64,000 nt of DNA. Source: an uncultured Chloroflexia bacterium (lineage in GTDB: Bacteria > Chloroflexota > Limnocylindria > Limnocylindrales > CSP1-4). Made by a program: the position numbers and the translations under genes. The notes below the pieces were generated by a model. It saw only the letters and a program-made list of their open reading frames with translations. It did not search any database and was not told the origin of the DNA. Positions 9,860 through 21,265 of the stretch are shown here, piece by piece; within the stretch, counting starts at the first letter, position 1, and each line of letters starts with the position of its first letter. The stretch spans positions 261,719-325,718 of the forward strand of contig CAVURB010000014.1 in assembly GCA_963743815.1 (NCBI GenBank), written 5' to 3'.

Positions 9860-11035
9860 AGGCGAAACGGCGGGTCGTGACGTCGTCGGCCGGACGGAGC
9901 GCCGCCCAAGCGGATGCCGGCCGCGCAGCGCGGACGCGGGTCGGACCAGCCGAAGGAGCGCCCCAAGCGGACTGCCGTGCTCCGACCGTCCGCAGCGAAC
10001 CCCGAGCGACCCCGTCGCTCGGGCGCGCGTGGAACCCGTCCGGCCGCCGACCGTCGACCGACCGCTCCGGTCTCGGTCGACCTCACGGTCGACCTGGGGC
10101 GGGGCCTCGTCCTGCCCAACCCGATCCTCGTGGCGTCGGGGACATTCGGGTACGGCGTCGAGTACGGCGACGTCGTCGATGTGGACCGCCTGGGCGCCAT
10201 CTGCTGCAAGGGGACGACGCTCAAGGCACGGATCGGGAACCCCACGCCGCGCGTGACCGAGACGCCGGGCGGGATGCTCAACTCGATCGGGCTGCAGAAC
10301 CCGGGCGTGGATGCGGTGATCGAGAAGTACGCCGCGACGCTGGGCGAGCTGGAAGGTGCCCGTCATCGTCAACGTGGCGGGCGAATCGGTGGCCGACTAC
10401 GTCGAGGTCACGCGCCGACTCGAGGGCGTGCCGGGGATCGCCGGCATCGAGCTCAACATCTCCTGCCCGAATGTCGGCAAGGGCGGGCTCCAGTTCGCGA
10501 TCGACGCCGCGGCCGCGGCCGAGGTCACCGCCGCCGTGCGGCGCGCCACGGACCTGCCCCTGCTCGTGAAGCTCTCGCCCAACGTCGCCGACATCCGACC
10601 GATCGCGCGAGCCATCGCCGACGCCGGCGCCGACGCGCTGACCGCCATCAACACGCTGTCCGGGATCGCCGTGGCACCGGGTCGCGGCAAGCCGCTACTC
10701 GGCAACATCTACGGCGGCCTGTCCGGCCCGGCCGTGAAGCCGGTCGCGCTCCGCGTCGTGTACGAGGCGGCCCAGGTGGTGCGGATCCCGGTCGTCGCCA
10801 TCGGCGGTGTCACCGATCTCGCGGACGTGCTCGACTTCCTGGCGGTCGGCGCCGTTGCCGTCCAGGTCGGGACCGCCATCTTCGCGGACCCCACGCCTGC
10901 CGGTCCGTCTCGTGGACGAGCTCGAGGAGGAATGCCGGCGCCAGGGCCTCGGCGACGTACCGCGATCTCATCGGGACGGCGCTGCCCCGCAAGGCCGGCC
11001 CAGCCTCGGCCAAGGGCGTCGAGTACCGGCCATGA
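9855..11035 (+). CDS. pyrD: dihydroorotate dehydrogenase catalytic subunit (class 1B), at least three frame breaks; Arg-rich N-terminal extension uncertain
   Basis: LVLPNPILVASGTFGYGVEYGDVV..GAICCKGTTL..GNPTPRVTETPGGMLNSIGLQNPG, then VPVIVNVAGES..IELNISCPNV..LLVKLSPNV..TAINTL..GGLSGPAVKPVALR..IGGV..VGTAIFADP, then ..YRDLIGTALPRK..EYRP*. Shifts are near 10353, 10895 and 10945. The ATG at 9855 overlaps the pyrK stop. Confidence 0.8.
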
Positions 11036-12056
11036 AGCGCATCGGGTTCCTGTCGTTCGGCCACTGGTCGGAGACGCCGTATTCGCAGGTGCGGTCGGCC
11101 TCGGACGCGCTCGTGCAGTCGATCGAGCTCGCCGAGGCGGTCGAGGCGCTCGGCGCCGACGGCGCCTACTTCCGGGTCCACCACTTCGCGCGGCAGCTCG
11201 CATCGCCGTTCCCGCTGCTCGCCGCGGTCGGGCGCCCGCACCCAACGGATCGAGATCGGGACCGCGGTCATCGACATGCGCTACGAGAACCCGCTGTACA
11301 TGGCCGAGGACGCCGGCGCGGCCGACCTCATCGCCGGCGGGCGACTCCAGCTCGGCATCAGCCGCGGCTCGCCGGAGCAGGTCATCGATGGCTTCCGGTA
11401 CTTCGGCTACGAGCCGGGCGACGGTGAGACCGACGCCGACCTGGCGCGTCGCCACGCGGCGGTCTTCCTGGAGACGATCCGCGGCCACGGGTTCGCCCAG
11501 CCGAACCCCCGGCCGATGTTCGCGAACCCGCCCGGGCTGCTCCGCCTCGAGCCGCACAGCGAGGGCCTGCGCGACCGGATCTGGTGGGGCGCCGGGACAC
11601 GGGCGACCGCGGAATGGACCGCCCAGCAAGGTCTGAACCTGATGTCCTCGACCCTGCTCACCGAGGACGCCGGCGTCCCGTTCCACGTCCTGCAGGCGGA
11701 GCAGATCCAGCGCTATCGCGACGCCTGGACGGCGGCAGGCCACGGGCGGGAGCCGCGCGTCTCCGTGAGCCGGAGCATCTTCCCGATCGTCGATGACCGC
11801 GACCGGATGTACTTCGGGCAGAGCGAGGGTGACCAGGACCACGTCGGTTATCTCGACGAGCAGACCAAGGCGACGTTCGGGCGGACCTATGCCGGGGAGC
11901 CCGACGCGCTGGTCCGCCAGCTTGTCCGAGGACTCGGCCATCGCCGCGGCCGACACGCTGCTGCTGACCATCCCGAACCAGCTCGGCGTCGAGTACAACG
12001 CGCACGTCATCGAGAGCCTGCTCCGCTACGTCGCCCCGGAACTCGGCTGGCGCTGA
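11032..12056 (+). CDS. LLM-class (luciferase-like) flavin-dependent oxidoreductase, two frame breaks
   Basis: The ATG at 11032 overlaps the pyrD TGA (ATGA). MKRIGFLSFGHWSE..GADGAYFRVHHFARQLASPFPLLAAVG / IDMRYENPLYMAEDAGAADLIAGGRLQLGISRGSPE... / DSAIAAADTLLLTIPNQLGVEYNAHVIESLLRYVAPELGWR*. Confidence 0.75.
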
Positions 12057-12068
12057 TCGTCGGACCAC

Positions 12069-12088
12069 GCACATGGTATGGTATGTGC
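12069..12088. promoter_or_regulatory. palindrome GCACAT-8nt-ATGTGC abutting the vapB start codon (candidate TA autoregulatory operator)
   Basis: Perfect 6-bp inverted repeat at 12069-12074 / 12083-12088 in a locally AT-richer stretch, immediately before the ATG at 12089. Confidence 0.45.
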
Positions 12089-12352
12089 ATGTTCAGCGAA
12101 CGCACACAGGTCCTCCTCTCGAAGTCGCAGCTCGCGCGGCTCAAGCGCATCGCCGGCCGCGAGAAGCGATCGGTGGGCGCCGTGATCCGCGATGCGGTGG
12201 ATGCCTATACCGGCGAGACCGTCACCCAGGCGGATCGCCGGGCCGCCGTTGAACGCCTCCTGGCGATGAACGCCCCCGTCGATGACTGGGAGGTCATGAA
12301 GCGACAGATCGAGGAGACGCGGTACCCGCCACTCGAAGGCTGGCGTCCATGA
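12089..12352 (+). CDS. vapB: ribbon-helix-helix (CopG/VapB-like) antitoxin
   Basis: 87 aa: MFSERTQVLLSKSQLARLKRIAGREKRSVGAVIRDAVDAY... This is the RHH pattern. Its stop overlaps the start of a PIN-domain gene (ATGA at 12349-12352). Confidence 0.75.
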   Translation: MFSERTQVLLSKSQLARLKRIAGREKRSVGAVIRDAVDAYTGETVTQADRRAAVERLLAMNAPVDDWEVMKRQIEETRYPPLEGWRP

Positions 12353-12769
12353 CGCTGTTCATCGACAGCGCCGTGTTCATGTATGCAGCCGGCGCGGAGC
12401 ACGAACTCCGCGGCCCATGCCAGTCGGTGCTCCGCGGAGCGGTGGATCGGCGGATCGACGCGGTCACGTCGGCCGAGGTCGTCCAGGAGGTGCTGCACCG
12501 CTATCTGTCGATCCGGCAGGTCACGATCGGGATCGGGGTGGCGCGCGACATCCTCACCGCATTCGGTCCCGTCCTGCCGGTGACGCATGACGTGATGGCC
12601 CGCGTTCCGGACCTGGGTGATCGCTATGCGGGCCGACTCGCCGCCCGCGACCTCGTTCATCTTGCGAGCTGTATCGAGGCCGGGATCGACCGAGATCGTC
12701 ACCACGGACCGCGGTTTCGATCACATCACCGAAGTGCGGCGGGTCGATCCACGAGAGCTGACGGCGTGA
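12349..12769 (+). CDS. vapC: PIN-domain toxin (VapC-like), one frame break near 12690
   Basis: MTLFIDSAVFMYAAG...SAEVVQEVLHRY...ARDLVHLASCIEAGID then the shifted EIVTTDRGFDHITEVRRVDPRELTA*. The conserved acidic residues are present (D6, E in EVVQE, D in RDLVH, D in TTDRGF). Confidence 0.75.
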
Positions 12770-13468
12770 CGACCATCAAGCCGACCCTGGACATCGCCGC
12801 CCGGGCGGCGGTGGCTGCACGGACCGAGGAACTGTTCCGGGCCTCGGGCGCGTTCCGCGAGGGCCACTTCCTGCTCAAGAGCGGGCGCCATGGCGACGCC
12901 TACGTCGAGAAGTTCGCGGTCCTGTCCGATCCGGCCGCGACCAGCGAGCTGTGCGGCTACTGGGCGGCGCGGGTCGGCGGCGCAATCGAGGACGGCGGCG
13001 TCGGTCGGGCGCTCGTGGACCTCGTCGCAGGCCCCACGACCGGCGGCGTCATCCTGGCCTTCGAGACGGCCCGGCAGCTCGGCGTCCGTAGCATCTTCGC
13101 GGAGGAGGTCCGCGACGCGGACGGCGGTACTCGCCGCGCGTTCCGTCGCGGGCTTCACGATCCAGCCTGGCGAGCGGGTGCTCCTGGTGGACGACATCCT
13201 CACGACCGGCGGCTCACTGCTCGCCATGATCCCGGCCGTCGAGGCGCTCGGCGGTGAGATCGTCGAGTGCGCGGTCATGGTGGATCGCTCCGGCGGTCGC
13301 GCCACGCTCACGTCCCCCACGACCGGACGGACATACCCGCTCCGCGCGCTCTGGCAGCTGGACCTCCCGACCTACGAACCCGGCGAGACGTGTCCGCGAT
13401 GCGCGGCCGGGGACCCGCTCGTCGCTCCCGGGAGCACCGGCACCGGCACCGGCCCCGCGACCGCCTGA
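12766..13468 (+). CDS. pyrE: orotate phosphoribosyltransferase, one frame break near 13150
   Basis: The GTG at 12766 overlaps the vapC TGA (GTGA). FREGHFLLKSGRHGDAYVEKF..., and the PRPP motif VLLVDDILTTGGS in the second frame. Confidence 0.8.
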
Positions 13469-13471
13469 CCG

Positions 13472-13837
13472 ATGGATCGCCGCACGCGGATCGGGTTCGT
13501 GGGCATCCTCGTCGCGCTCGTCGCCGTGGTCGGCGGGATCGCCGTCTTCCTGCCCGGGACCGTCAATCAGCGTCACCAGCCGGTGGGGTCGGACCCGATG
13601 GTCGGCGTGATCGTGGCGGTCGATGCGGAGGGGCTTGGGTCCGTCCGCGGGTTCACGCTTCGTCGGACCGGTGGAGAGCTGGTCGTCTTCGACCTCCGTG
13701 CCCTCGAGAATGGGTTCGCGTTCCCGCCGGGACATCTCGCCGAGCACCAGGCGACCGCGGAGCCGGTCCAGGTCTGGTACCGCGACGACGCCGGGACGCT
13801 CCTCGCGATCAGGATCGAGGACGCCGCCCCGCAGTGA
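13472..13837 (+). CDS. membrane-anchored hypothetical protein
   Basis: 121-aa ORF with an N-terminal TM helix (IGFVGILVALVAVVGGIAVFL) and then a small beta-rich domain. Confidence 0.5.
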   Translation: MDRRTRIGFVGILVALVAVVGGIAVFLPGTVNQRHQPVGSDPMVGVIVAVDAEGLGSVRGFTLRRTGGELVVFDLRALENGFAFPPGHLAEHQATAEPVQVWYRDDAGTLLAIRIEDAAPQ

Positions 13838-13855
13838 GGATCGCGCCTCGGCGCG

Positions 13856-14839
13856 TCATTCGACGGCGGCGATCGCCGCCTCGAGCTCCTCGTCGTCGAA
13901 GATGAGCATCAACGAGCTGGTCACGATGCCGTCCCGGTCGACGACGAAGATCCACGGCTCCGCGGCGAGACCCCATTCCTCAGCCGACGCCGCCAGCGTG
14001 AGGTTCGGCGGATCCCCGGTGAGCACGGCCTGGAGGCCGCCATCGACGTACTCGAGCTCGTAGGGCTCCACGTTGATCACGGTCAGGTCGGGGTGGGCGG
14101 CGGCGATCGGCTTGAGACGGTCGAGCGTCGGCCCGCACTGGGCACTCACGCAGAACTTCGGCGTCGCGAACGCCAGCACGAACGGCTCCTTGGCCGCAAG
14201 AGCATCAGCGACGGACGTCTCGTAGAACGCCTCCACTGGCTCGTCGTCGGTGGAGATCCTCGACACGTCGCCATCCACGTCGGCGAGCGTCGGCGTGTCG
14301 GAGGCGGGCGCGGCATCGCCGACACCGATCCCCATGCCCTCCGGCTGCACGTCGAACTGGACCCGGATGGTCTCCAGGGCTGTGTCGGGCGTCTCCGTCC
14401 GGAATTCGGCGCCCCACGTGCCCGCCGTCGGGAAGTCGGCGTTCGCGATGTAGACACCGACCGCGTCCTCGATCGCCCACACGAACGTTGCATCGATCGT
14501 CTGGACCGGCGCCTCGGGATCCGCCCCAAGGTCGTACAGCGCGAGCTCCACCGTCCGATCCGGTGCGGCCACAGGGGTGTTCGCATCGTCGAGGAAGGAG
14601 AACATGAGCCGGGTCGCCCCGCAGGTGATCGTTCCGGCCGGATTGATGATCTGCGGATAGATCGACGGGTCCTGCGAGGTGGGTGACCACGCTTCCGCGG
14701 CACCCGCGTCGGGCGCTGGCGACGTGGCGCACGCCTCGGCGGAGCCGGACGGGGCGGGCGAGGCGCCACCACCCCCGCTGCAGGCCGCGATCAGGAGTGC
14801 GGTCGCGAACGCGAACGCCAAGTGTCGTCGTCGGGTCAT
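13856..14839 (-). CDS. thioredoxin-fold (TlpA/SCO-like) lipoprotein
   Basis: MTRRRHLAFAFATALLIAACSGG (lipobox LIAAC). The C-terminal thioredoxin-like part contains FATPKFCVSAQCGPT. It is divergent from ctaA-ctaB. Confidence 0.6.
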   Translation of the reverse strand: MTRRRHLAFAFATALLIAACSGGGGASPAPSGSAEACATSPAPDAGAAEAWSPTSQDPSIYPQIINPAGTITCGATRLMFSFLDDANTPVAAPDRTVELALYDLGADPEAPVQTIDATFVWAIEDAVGVYIANADFPTAGTWGAEFRTETPDTALETIRVQFDVQPEGMGIGVGDAAPASDTPTLADVDGDVSRISTDDEPVEAFYETSVADALAAKEPFVLAFATPKFCVSAQCGPTLDRLKPIAAAHPDLTVINVEPYELEYVDGGLQAVLTGDPPNLTLAASAEEWGLAAEPWIFVVDRDGIVTSSLMLIFDDEELEAAIAAVE

Positions 14840-14918
14840 CGACATCAGGGTAGCCGAGGCTGCCCGGGGACGCCGTCGCGCTAGAATGCGCGAGCGAGTC
14901 GACGCACCCGGCGACCGG

Positions 14919-16806
<1,888 letters not shown>

Positions 16807-16857
16807 CCGTCCGGCCGTGACCGCGCGACGGCGGGTCGAGCCTGTCACGATGCGCCC

Positions 16858-18477
16858 ATGCATATCCAATTCCTCGGTGGCGCCACGACCGTCACCGGCT
16901 CCCAGTTTCTGCTGACGACGGCCCGCGCGGCCGTCCTCATCGATTGCGGCATGTTCCAGGGCAGCCCCAACGAATCGATCCGCAACCGGATCCCGTTCGC
17001 GTTCGACACTGGCGCCCTCGACGCGGTCCTGGTCACCCATGCCCACCTCGACCACTGCGGCCTGCTACCCGTCCTGGTCCGCGAGGGATACACGGGACCC
17101 ATCCACGCGACGGCCGGGACGGTCGAGCTCGCGTCGCTCATCCTGCTGGACTCGGGCAAGCTCCACGAGCAGTTCGCCAAGCGCGAGGCGCGCTGGGAGG
17201 CGCGGAACCCGGACAAGGCGGCCGCCGATGACCGACAGGAGGCCGATGCCTACCAGGCGGCGCTCGACCTGGCGGGTACCAACGACGACAGCGACGATGT
17301 GGAGCACGCCGCGACGACCGTGGAGCCCGCCGGGTTGGCGCCATCGAAGGTGGTGAGCTGGCCGCGCGATCCGGAGGCGGAGCTCCGCGCGCAGCCGGCT
17401 TCGATCGACATCGACCTCGACGCCCCGCTCTACACGGTCAAGGACGCTGAACGAGCGCTGGGGCAATTCGCCGAGATCGAGTACGAGGAGGAGCGCGAGG
17501 TCGCTCCTGGCGTCTGGGCGACGTTCCTGGACGCCGGTCACATCCTGGGCTCGGCGATCATCCGGCTGCGCGTCCAGGAGGCGGACGGTGCCGAGGAGCG
17601 GGTGATCGTGTGCTCCGGCGATCTGGGTCGCCCCGGGACGCCGATCCTGCGCGATCCGACGGTTCTGACCGCCGCGGACTACATCCTGGTCGAGTCCACA
17701 TACGGTGGCCGCGAACACGAGCCGCAGCACGAGGCCATCCGGATCCTCGCCGAGACGATCCGCATGGTCGATGCGGCGAAGGGGGTGCTGCTCGTCCCGT
17801 CGTTCGCCGTCGGGCGGACGCAGGAGGTGGTCTGGGAGCTGGACCGCCTCATCGAGCGCGGTGAGATCCCCCTTTTGCCGCTCTATCTCGACTCGCCGAT
17901 GGCGTCCAAGGCGTCCGACATCTACCGGCGCTATCCGCAGTACTACGATGAGGAGACCCGCGAGCTGCTCCAGGGCGGGGACACGCCCCTCGACTACCCA
18001 AAGCAGATCGTGACGAATGACGTCAAGGACTCGCAGGCGATCGAGCGGGCGCCACGCCCATACATGATCGTCGCCTCCAACGGGATGCTGACGGGTGGGC
18101 GGGTCGTGGGCCACCTGCGCCATCTCATCGACGATCCGTCGGCCGTGATCCTGTTCGTGGGGTACCAGGGGGAGGGGACCCTCGGCGCGCACCTCCAGGC
18201 CGGCGCCCGGCAGGTCCGCCTTGACGGTCAGACCCGCGAGGTCCGCTGCCAGGTGCGCTCGATCAGCGGGTTCTCCGCCCATGCCGACGAGTCCGAGTTG
18301 CTCGACTGGCTGGGTCGGTTCGCGGACGGCAAGCGACCCGGGGATGCCGGGTACCCGCGGCGCGTCTTCCTCGTCCACGGGGACCCCGACGCCCAGGTCC
18401 TGCTGGAGCCGCGGGTCCGCGAGCTTGGGTTCGCGACGCACGTCCCGCACTGGCACGAACGCGTGGAACTCGACTAG
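16858..18477 (+). CDS. MBL-fold beta-CASP ribonuclease (CPSF/RNase J-like family)
   Basis: Intact 539-aa ORF. Motifs seen: LIDCG, THAHLDHCG, DAGHILGS, ESTYG, and the C-terminal FSAHAD..LVHGD. It carries an acidic insertion of about 95 aa after motif 2. Confidence 0.85.
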   Translation: MHIQFLGGATTVTGSQFLLTTARAAVLIDCGMFQGSPNESIRNRIPFAFDTGALDAVLVTHAHLDHCGLLPVLVREGYTGPIHATAGTVELASLILLDSGKLHEQFAKREARWEARNPDKAAADDRQEADAYQAALDLAGTNDDSDDVEHAATTVEPAGLAPSKVVSWPRDPEAELRAQPASIDIDLDAPLYTVKDAERALGQFAEIEYEEEREVAPGVWATFLDAGHILGSAIIRLRVQEADGAEERVIVCSGDLGRPGTPILRDPTVLTAADYILVESTYGGREHEPQHEAIRILAETIRMVDAAKGVLLVPSFAVGRTQEVVWELDRLIERGEIPLLPLYLDSPMASKASDIYRRYPQYYDEETRELLQGGDTPLDYPKQIVTNDVKDSQAIERAPRPYMIVASNGMLTGGRVVGHLRHLIDDPSAVILFVGYQGEGTLGAHLQAGARQVRLDGQTREVRCQVRSISGFSAHADESELLDWLGRFADGKRPGDAGYPRRVFLVHGDPDAQVLLEPRVRELGFATHVPHWHERVELD

Positions 18478-18498
18478 GGTCCACCGGCGGTCAGTCCC

Positions 18499-18514
18499 GG
18501 TGCCCCGAGGCACC
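18499..18514 (+). terminator. hairpin GGTGCC-CCGA-GGCACC downstream of the RNase gene
   Basis: 6-bp perfect stem, 22 nt after the stop at 18477. No U-tract. Confidence 0.3.
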
Positions 18515-18552
18515 AAGGCCGTGACGGCGGTCTTGCCACGTCGCGGCTCGTC

Positions 18553-18668
18553 CCGATACCGTAGGCGACGGCCTAATCTTGGGGGTATCGGCCCGATGCC
18601 CGGAGGTGGATCCGTCCGCCGCCGGGCATCGTCCTGCGTGCCAGATCTTACGTCGCGTCTGATGCGAC
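18553..18668 (+). ncRNA. candidate structured RNA or 5' leader (three stem-loops), class unknown
   Basis: Stems: CCGATACC/GGTATCGG (18553-18560 / 18584-18591), CGATGCCCGG/CCGGGCATCG (18594-18603 / 18622-18631) and GTCGC/GCGAC (18652-18656 / 18664-18668). They lie in a 262-nt non-coding gap upstream of the GcvT-like gene. Confidence 0.3.
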
Positions 18669-18739
18669 ACGAGCGGCAATAGAACGTGGATGGGCCACGA
18701 TCGGGCGACCCGCTCAACCGCCTCGGAGGCACCATCCCC

Positions 18740-19914
18740 ATGTCCACGCCGCTGGCGACCCCCGCGACGACCGAGTCCTCGACCCTCTACTTCGGGCCGT
18801 GGTACCGGCGATCGCCGTTCTTCGAGAAGACCCTCGAGGCCGGTTGCAGCGCGTACGACATCTACAACCACATGTACCTGCCGGGCTACTACACGGACCC
18901 GATCGAGGAGTACTGGGCGCTGCTCAACGACGTGACGTTGTGGGATGTCTCGGTGGAGCGGATCGTGGAGATCACCGGTCCCGACGCGTCGGCGTTCGTC
19001 AACACCCTGACCTGTCGCGACCTCACGAAATGCGCCGTCGGCCAGGGCAAGTACGTGCTGATCACCGCCGAGGACGGCGGGATCGTCAACGACCCGGTCC
19101 TGCTCCGCATCGCGACGGACCGGTGGTGGCTGGCGCTCGCGGATTCGGACGCCGGACTGTGGGCACGTGGGGTGGCGATCCACAGCGGGATGGACGTCAA
19201 GGTCCGGGAGCCCGAGGTGTACCCCGTCCAGGTCCAGGGGCCCAAGTCCAGGGACACCATGGTCAGCCTGTTCGGCGAGCGGATCCTCGACATCAAGTAC
19301 TACTGGACGCTGGAGACGGACCTCGACGGGATCCCGGTCGTCATCTCGCGGACCGGGTGGACCGGTGAGGTCGGCTACGAGATCTACCTGCGCGACCCGT
19401 CACGCGGCCCCGAGCTGTGGGATCGGATCATGGCCGCGGGCGCGCCGCACGCAATCCGGCCCATCGCGCCATGCGAGGCGCGCCGCATCGAGGCCGGGCA
19501 TCTTCAACTACGGCTCGGACATCACGATCAAGGACACGCCCTTCCACGTGATGGGGCTGGAGCGACTGGTCGAGCCACAGGACGCGGACTACATCGGCAA
19601 GGAGGCGCTCGAGGAGATCCGCCGCACGGGCGTGAATCGCAAGCTGGTCGGCATCGAGGTGGACGGCGACCCGCTGCCGTTCGAGCTCTCGCGCAAGCTC
19701 ACCGCCTACCACGACAACGCCGCGGTCGGCACCGTCACCGACCTCATCTGGTCGCCCCGGCTCGAACGCAACATCGGGTTCGTGTGGGTGCCCATCGGTC
19801 TCGCCGATGCCGGCAACGCCGCTCGCCATCGAAGCGCCCGACGGGGGCCGCTGGGCCGCCCGCACGGCGGCGATCCCGTTCCTCGATGCCCGCAAGCAGG
19901 TGCCGCTCGGATGA
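18740..19914 (+). CDS. aminomethyltransferase (GcvT/DmdA-like, folate-dependent) family protein, two frame breaks
   Basis: MSTPLATP..YFGPWYRRSPFFEKTLEAGCSAYDIYNHMYLPGYY..LWDVSVERIVEITGPDA..ISRTGWTGEVGYEIYL.. then IFNYGSDITIKDTPFHVMGLERLV..KLVGIEVDG.. then RLAIEAPDGGRWAARTAAIPFLDARKQVPLG*. Shifts are near 19497 and 19820. Confidence 0.75.
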
Positions 19915-21244
19915 CCGCGCCCGATCGATCGATCCTGACCGCCGACGAACTCGCCTCGGTCCGACGCGAGTACCGCGGCGCGACCCTGCTGCCGAAGCGC
20001 ACCTACCACGACCCCGAGATCTTCGGGTGGGAGCGCGCCAACATCCTGCGCCGCGACTGGATCATGGTCGCCCGCGAGGAGGACGTCCCCGAGCCCGGGA
20101 CGTACATCCTCGTGGAGCTCGATGACGACCCGCTGATCATCGTCCGCGGCCGTGACGCGGTCCTGCGCGCGTTCCACAACGTCTGTCGCCACCGCGGTAC
20201 GGCCGTGGCCGAAGAGCCGTGCGGCAAGGTGGTGCGGCTCCAGTGCCCGTACCACGCCTGGATCTACGACCTCGACGGGCGCCTGATCCGCGCCAAGCAC
20301 ACCGAAGACCTCGACGACTTCAGCTTCGAGTCGTACGGCCTGGCTTCGGTGCGCCTCGAGACCTGGCAGGGCTTCATCTTCCTCAACCTGGACGCGGACG
20401 CGGCGCCGCTGGGCGCCCAGCTCGGCGACTTCGTGGATCACTGGAGCCGGTTCGATTTCACGTCACTGCGGTCGGCCAAGCGGATCGAGTACGACGTGCG
20501 GGCCAACTGGAAGTTCATCGCCGAGAACTACAGCGAGTGCTACCACTGCCCGGGCGTCCACCCGCAGCTCAACAAGCTCACGCCGTACGACCTCGGGGGC
20601 GACTTCGATCCCGACGGCGCGTGGCAGGGAGGCTGGATGGAGCTGGTGGATTCGGCCGAGACGATGTCGCTGGGCGACGGCGCCGGCCACGGGTCCACCA
20701 ACGGTCGTTCGTCGATGCAGGGGATCACCGCCCAGGACGAGCGCTGCGTCTACTACTACGTCGTCTGGCCCACCACGTTCCTGTCGATCCATCCGGACTA
20801 CCTGCTCGTCCATCGGCTGGTGCCGGTGGCCCCCGATCGAACGACCGTGGTCTGCGACTTCCTGTTCGAAGCCAAGGCGATGGCCGCTACCGGACTTCGA
20901 CGCTTCCGACGCGGTCGCGTTCTGGGATCTTGACCAACGGCCAGGACTGGCACGTCTGCGAGCTGCAGCAGCGGGGGACCCGCTCGTCGTCGTGGGTCGC
21001 CGGCCGGTACTCCAACGCCGAGGCGTCCGTCCATGCGTTCGACCAGATGGTCGCGGACCGGTATGTGGGTGCATCATCGTGGTCGAAACGGATCGTCCGC
21101 GAGCACTACGACCAGCCCGTTCCCAAGACGAACCGCGGGATCACGACCGGTGACAAGGGCACGAACGGGGCCAACGGGGCGGCAGGGACCAACGGCAAGG
21201 GTCGACGTGCCGCGGCCGGTGCGCGGGTGACGCCCGCACCCTGA
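19911..21244 (+). CDS. Rieske [2Fe-2S] non-heme-iron oxygenase alpha subunit (GbcA/Stc2-like), two frame breaks
   Basis: The ATG at 19911 overlaps the upstream TGA. Rieske motif CRHRG...CPYHAW; mononuclear iron region NWKFIAENYSECYHCPGVHP. Shifts are near 20885 and 20927. The C-terminus has an unusual Gly/Asn/Lys-rich tail. Confidence 0.8.
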
Positions 21245-21265
21245 CCTTTCGGGAGGCCGACACCC

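Noticed and set aside
8711-10372. 553-aa minus-strand ORF across pyrK/pyrD, and similarly 17065..18747 (-) across the RNase gene
   Set aside because: Both are antisense to genes with clear conserved motifs and have low-complexity Arg-rich translations.
18478-18739. Glycine riboswitch upstream of the GcvT-like gene
   Set aside because: I looked for the GGAGAG...CACCGAAGGGGCAA-type aptamer cores. Only a weak resemblance was found (CCGCCTCGGAGGCACC near 18718) and there are no tandem aptamers. The region is kept only as an unclassified structured region.
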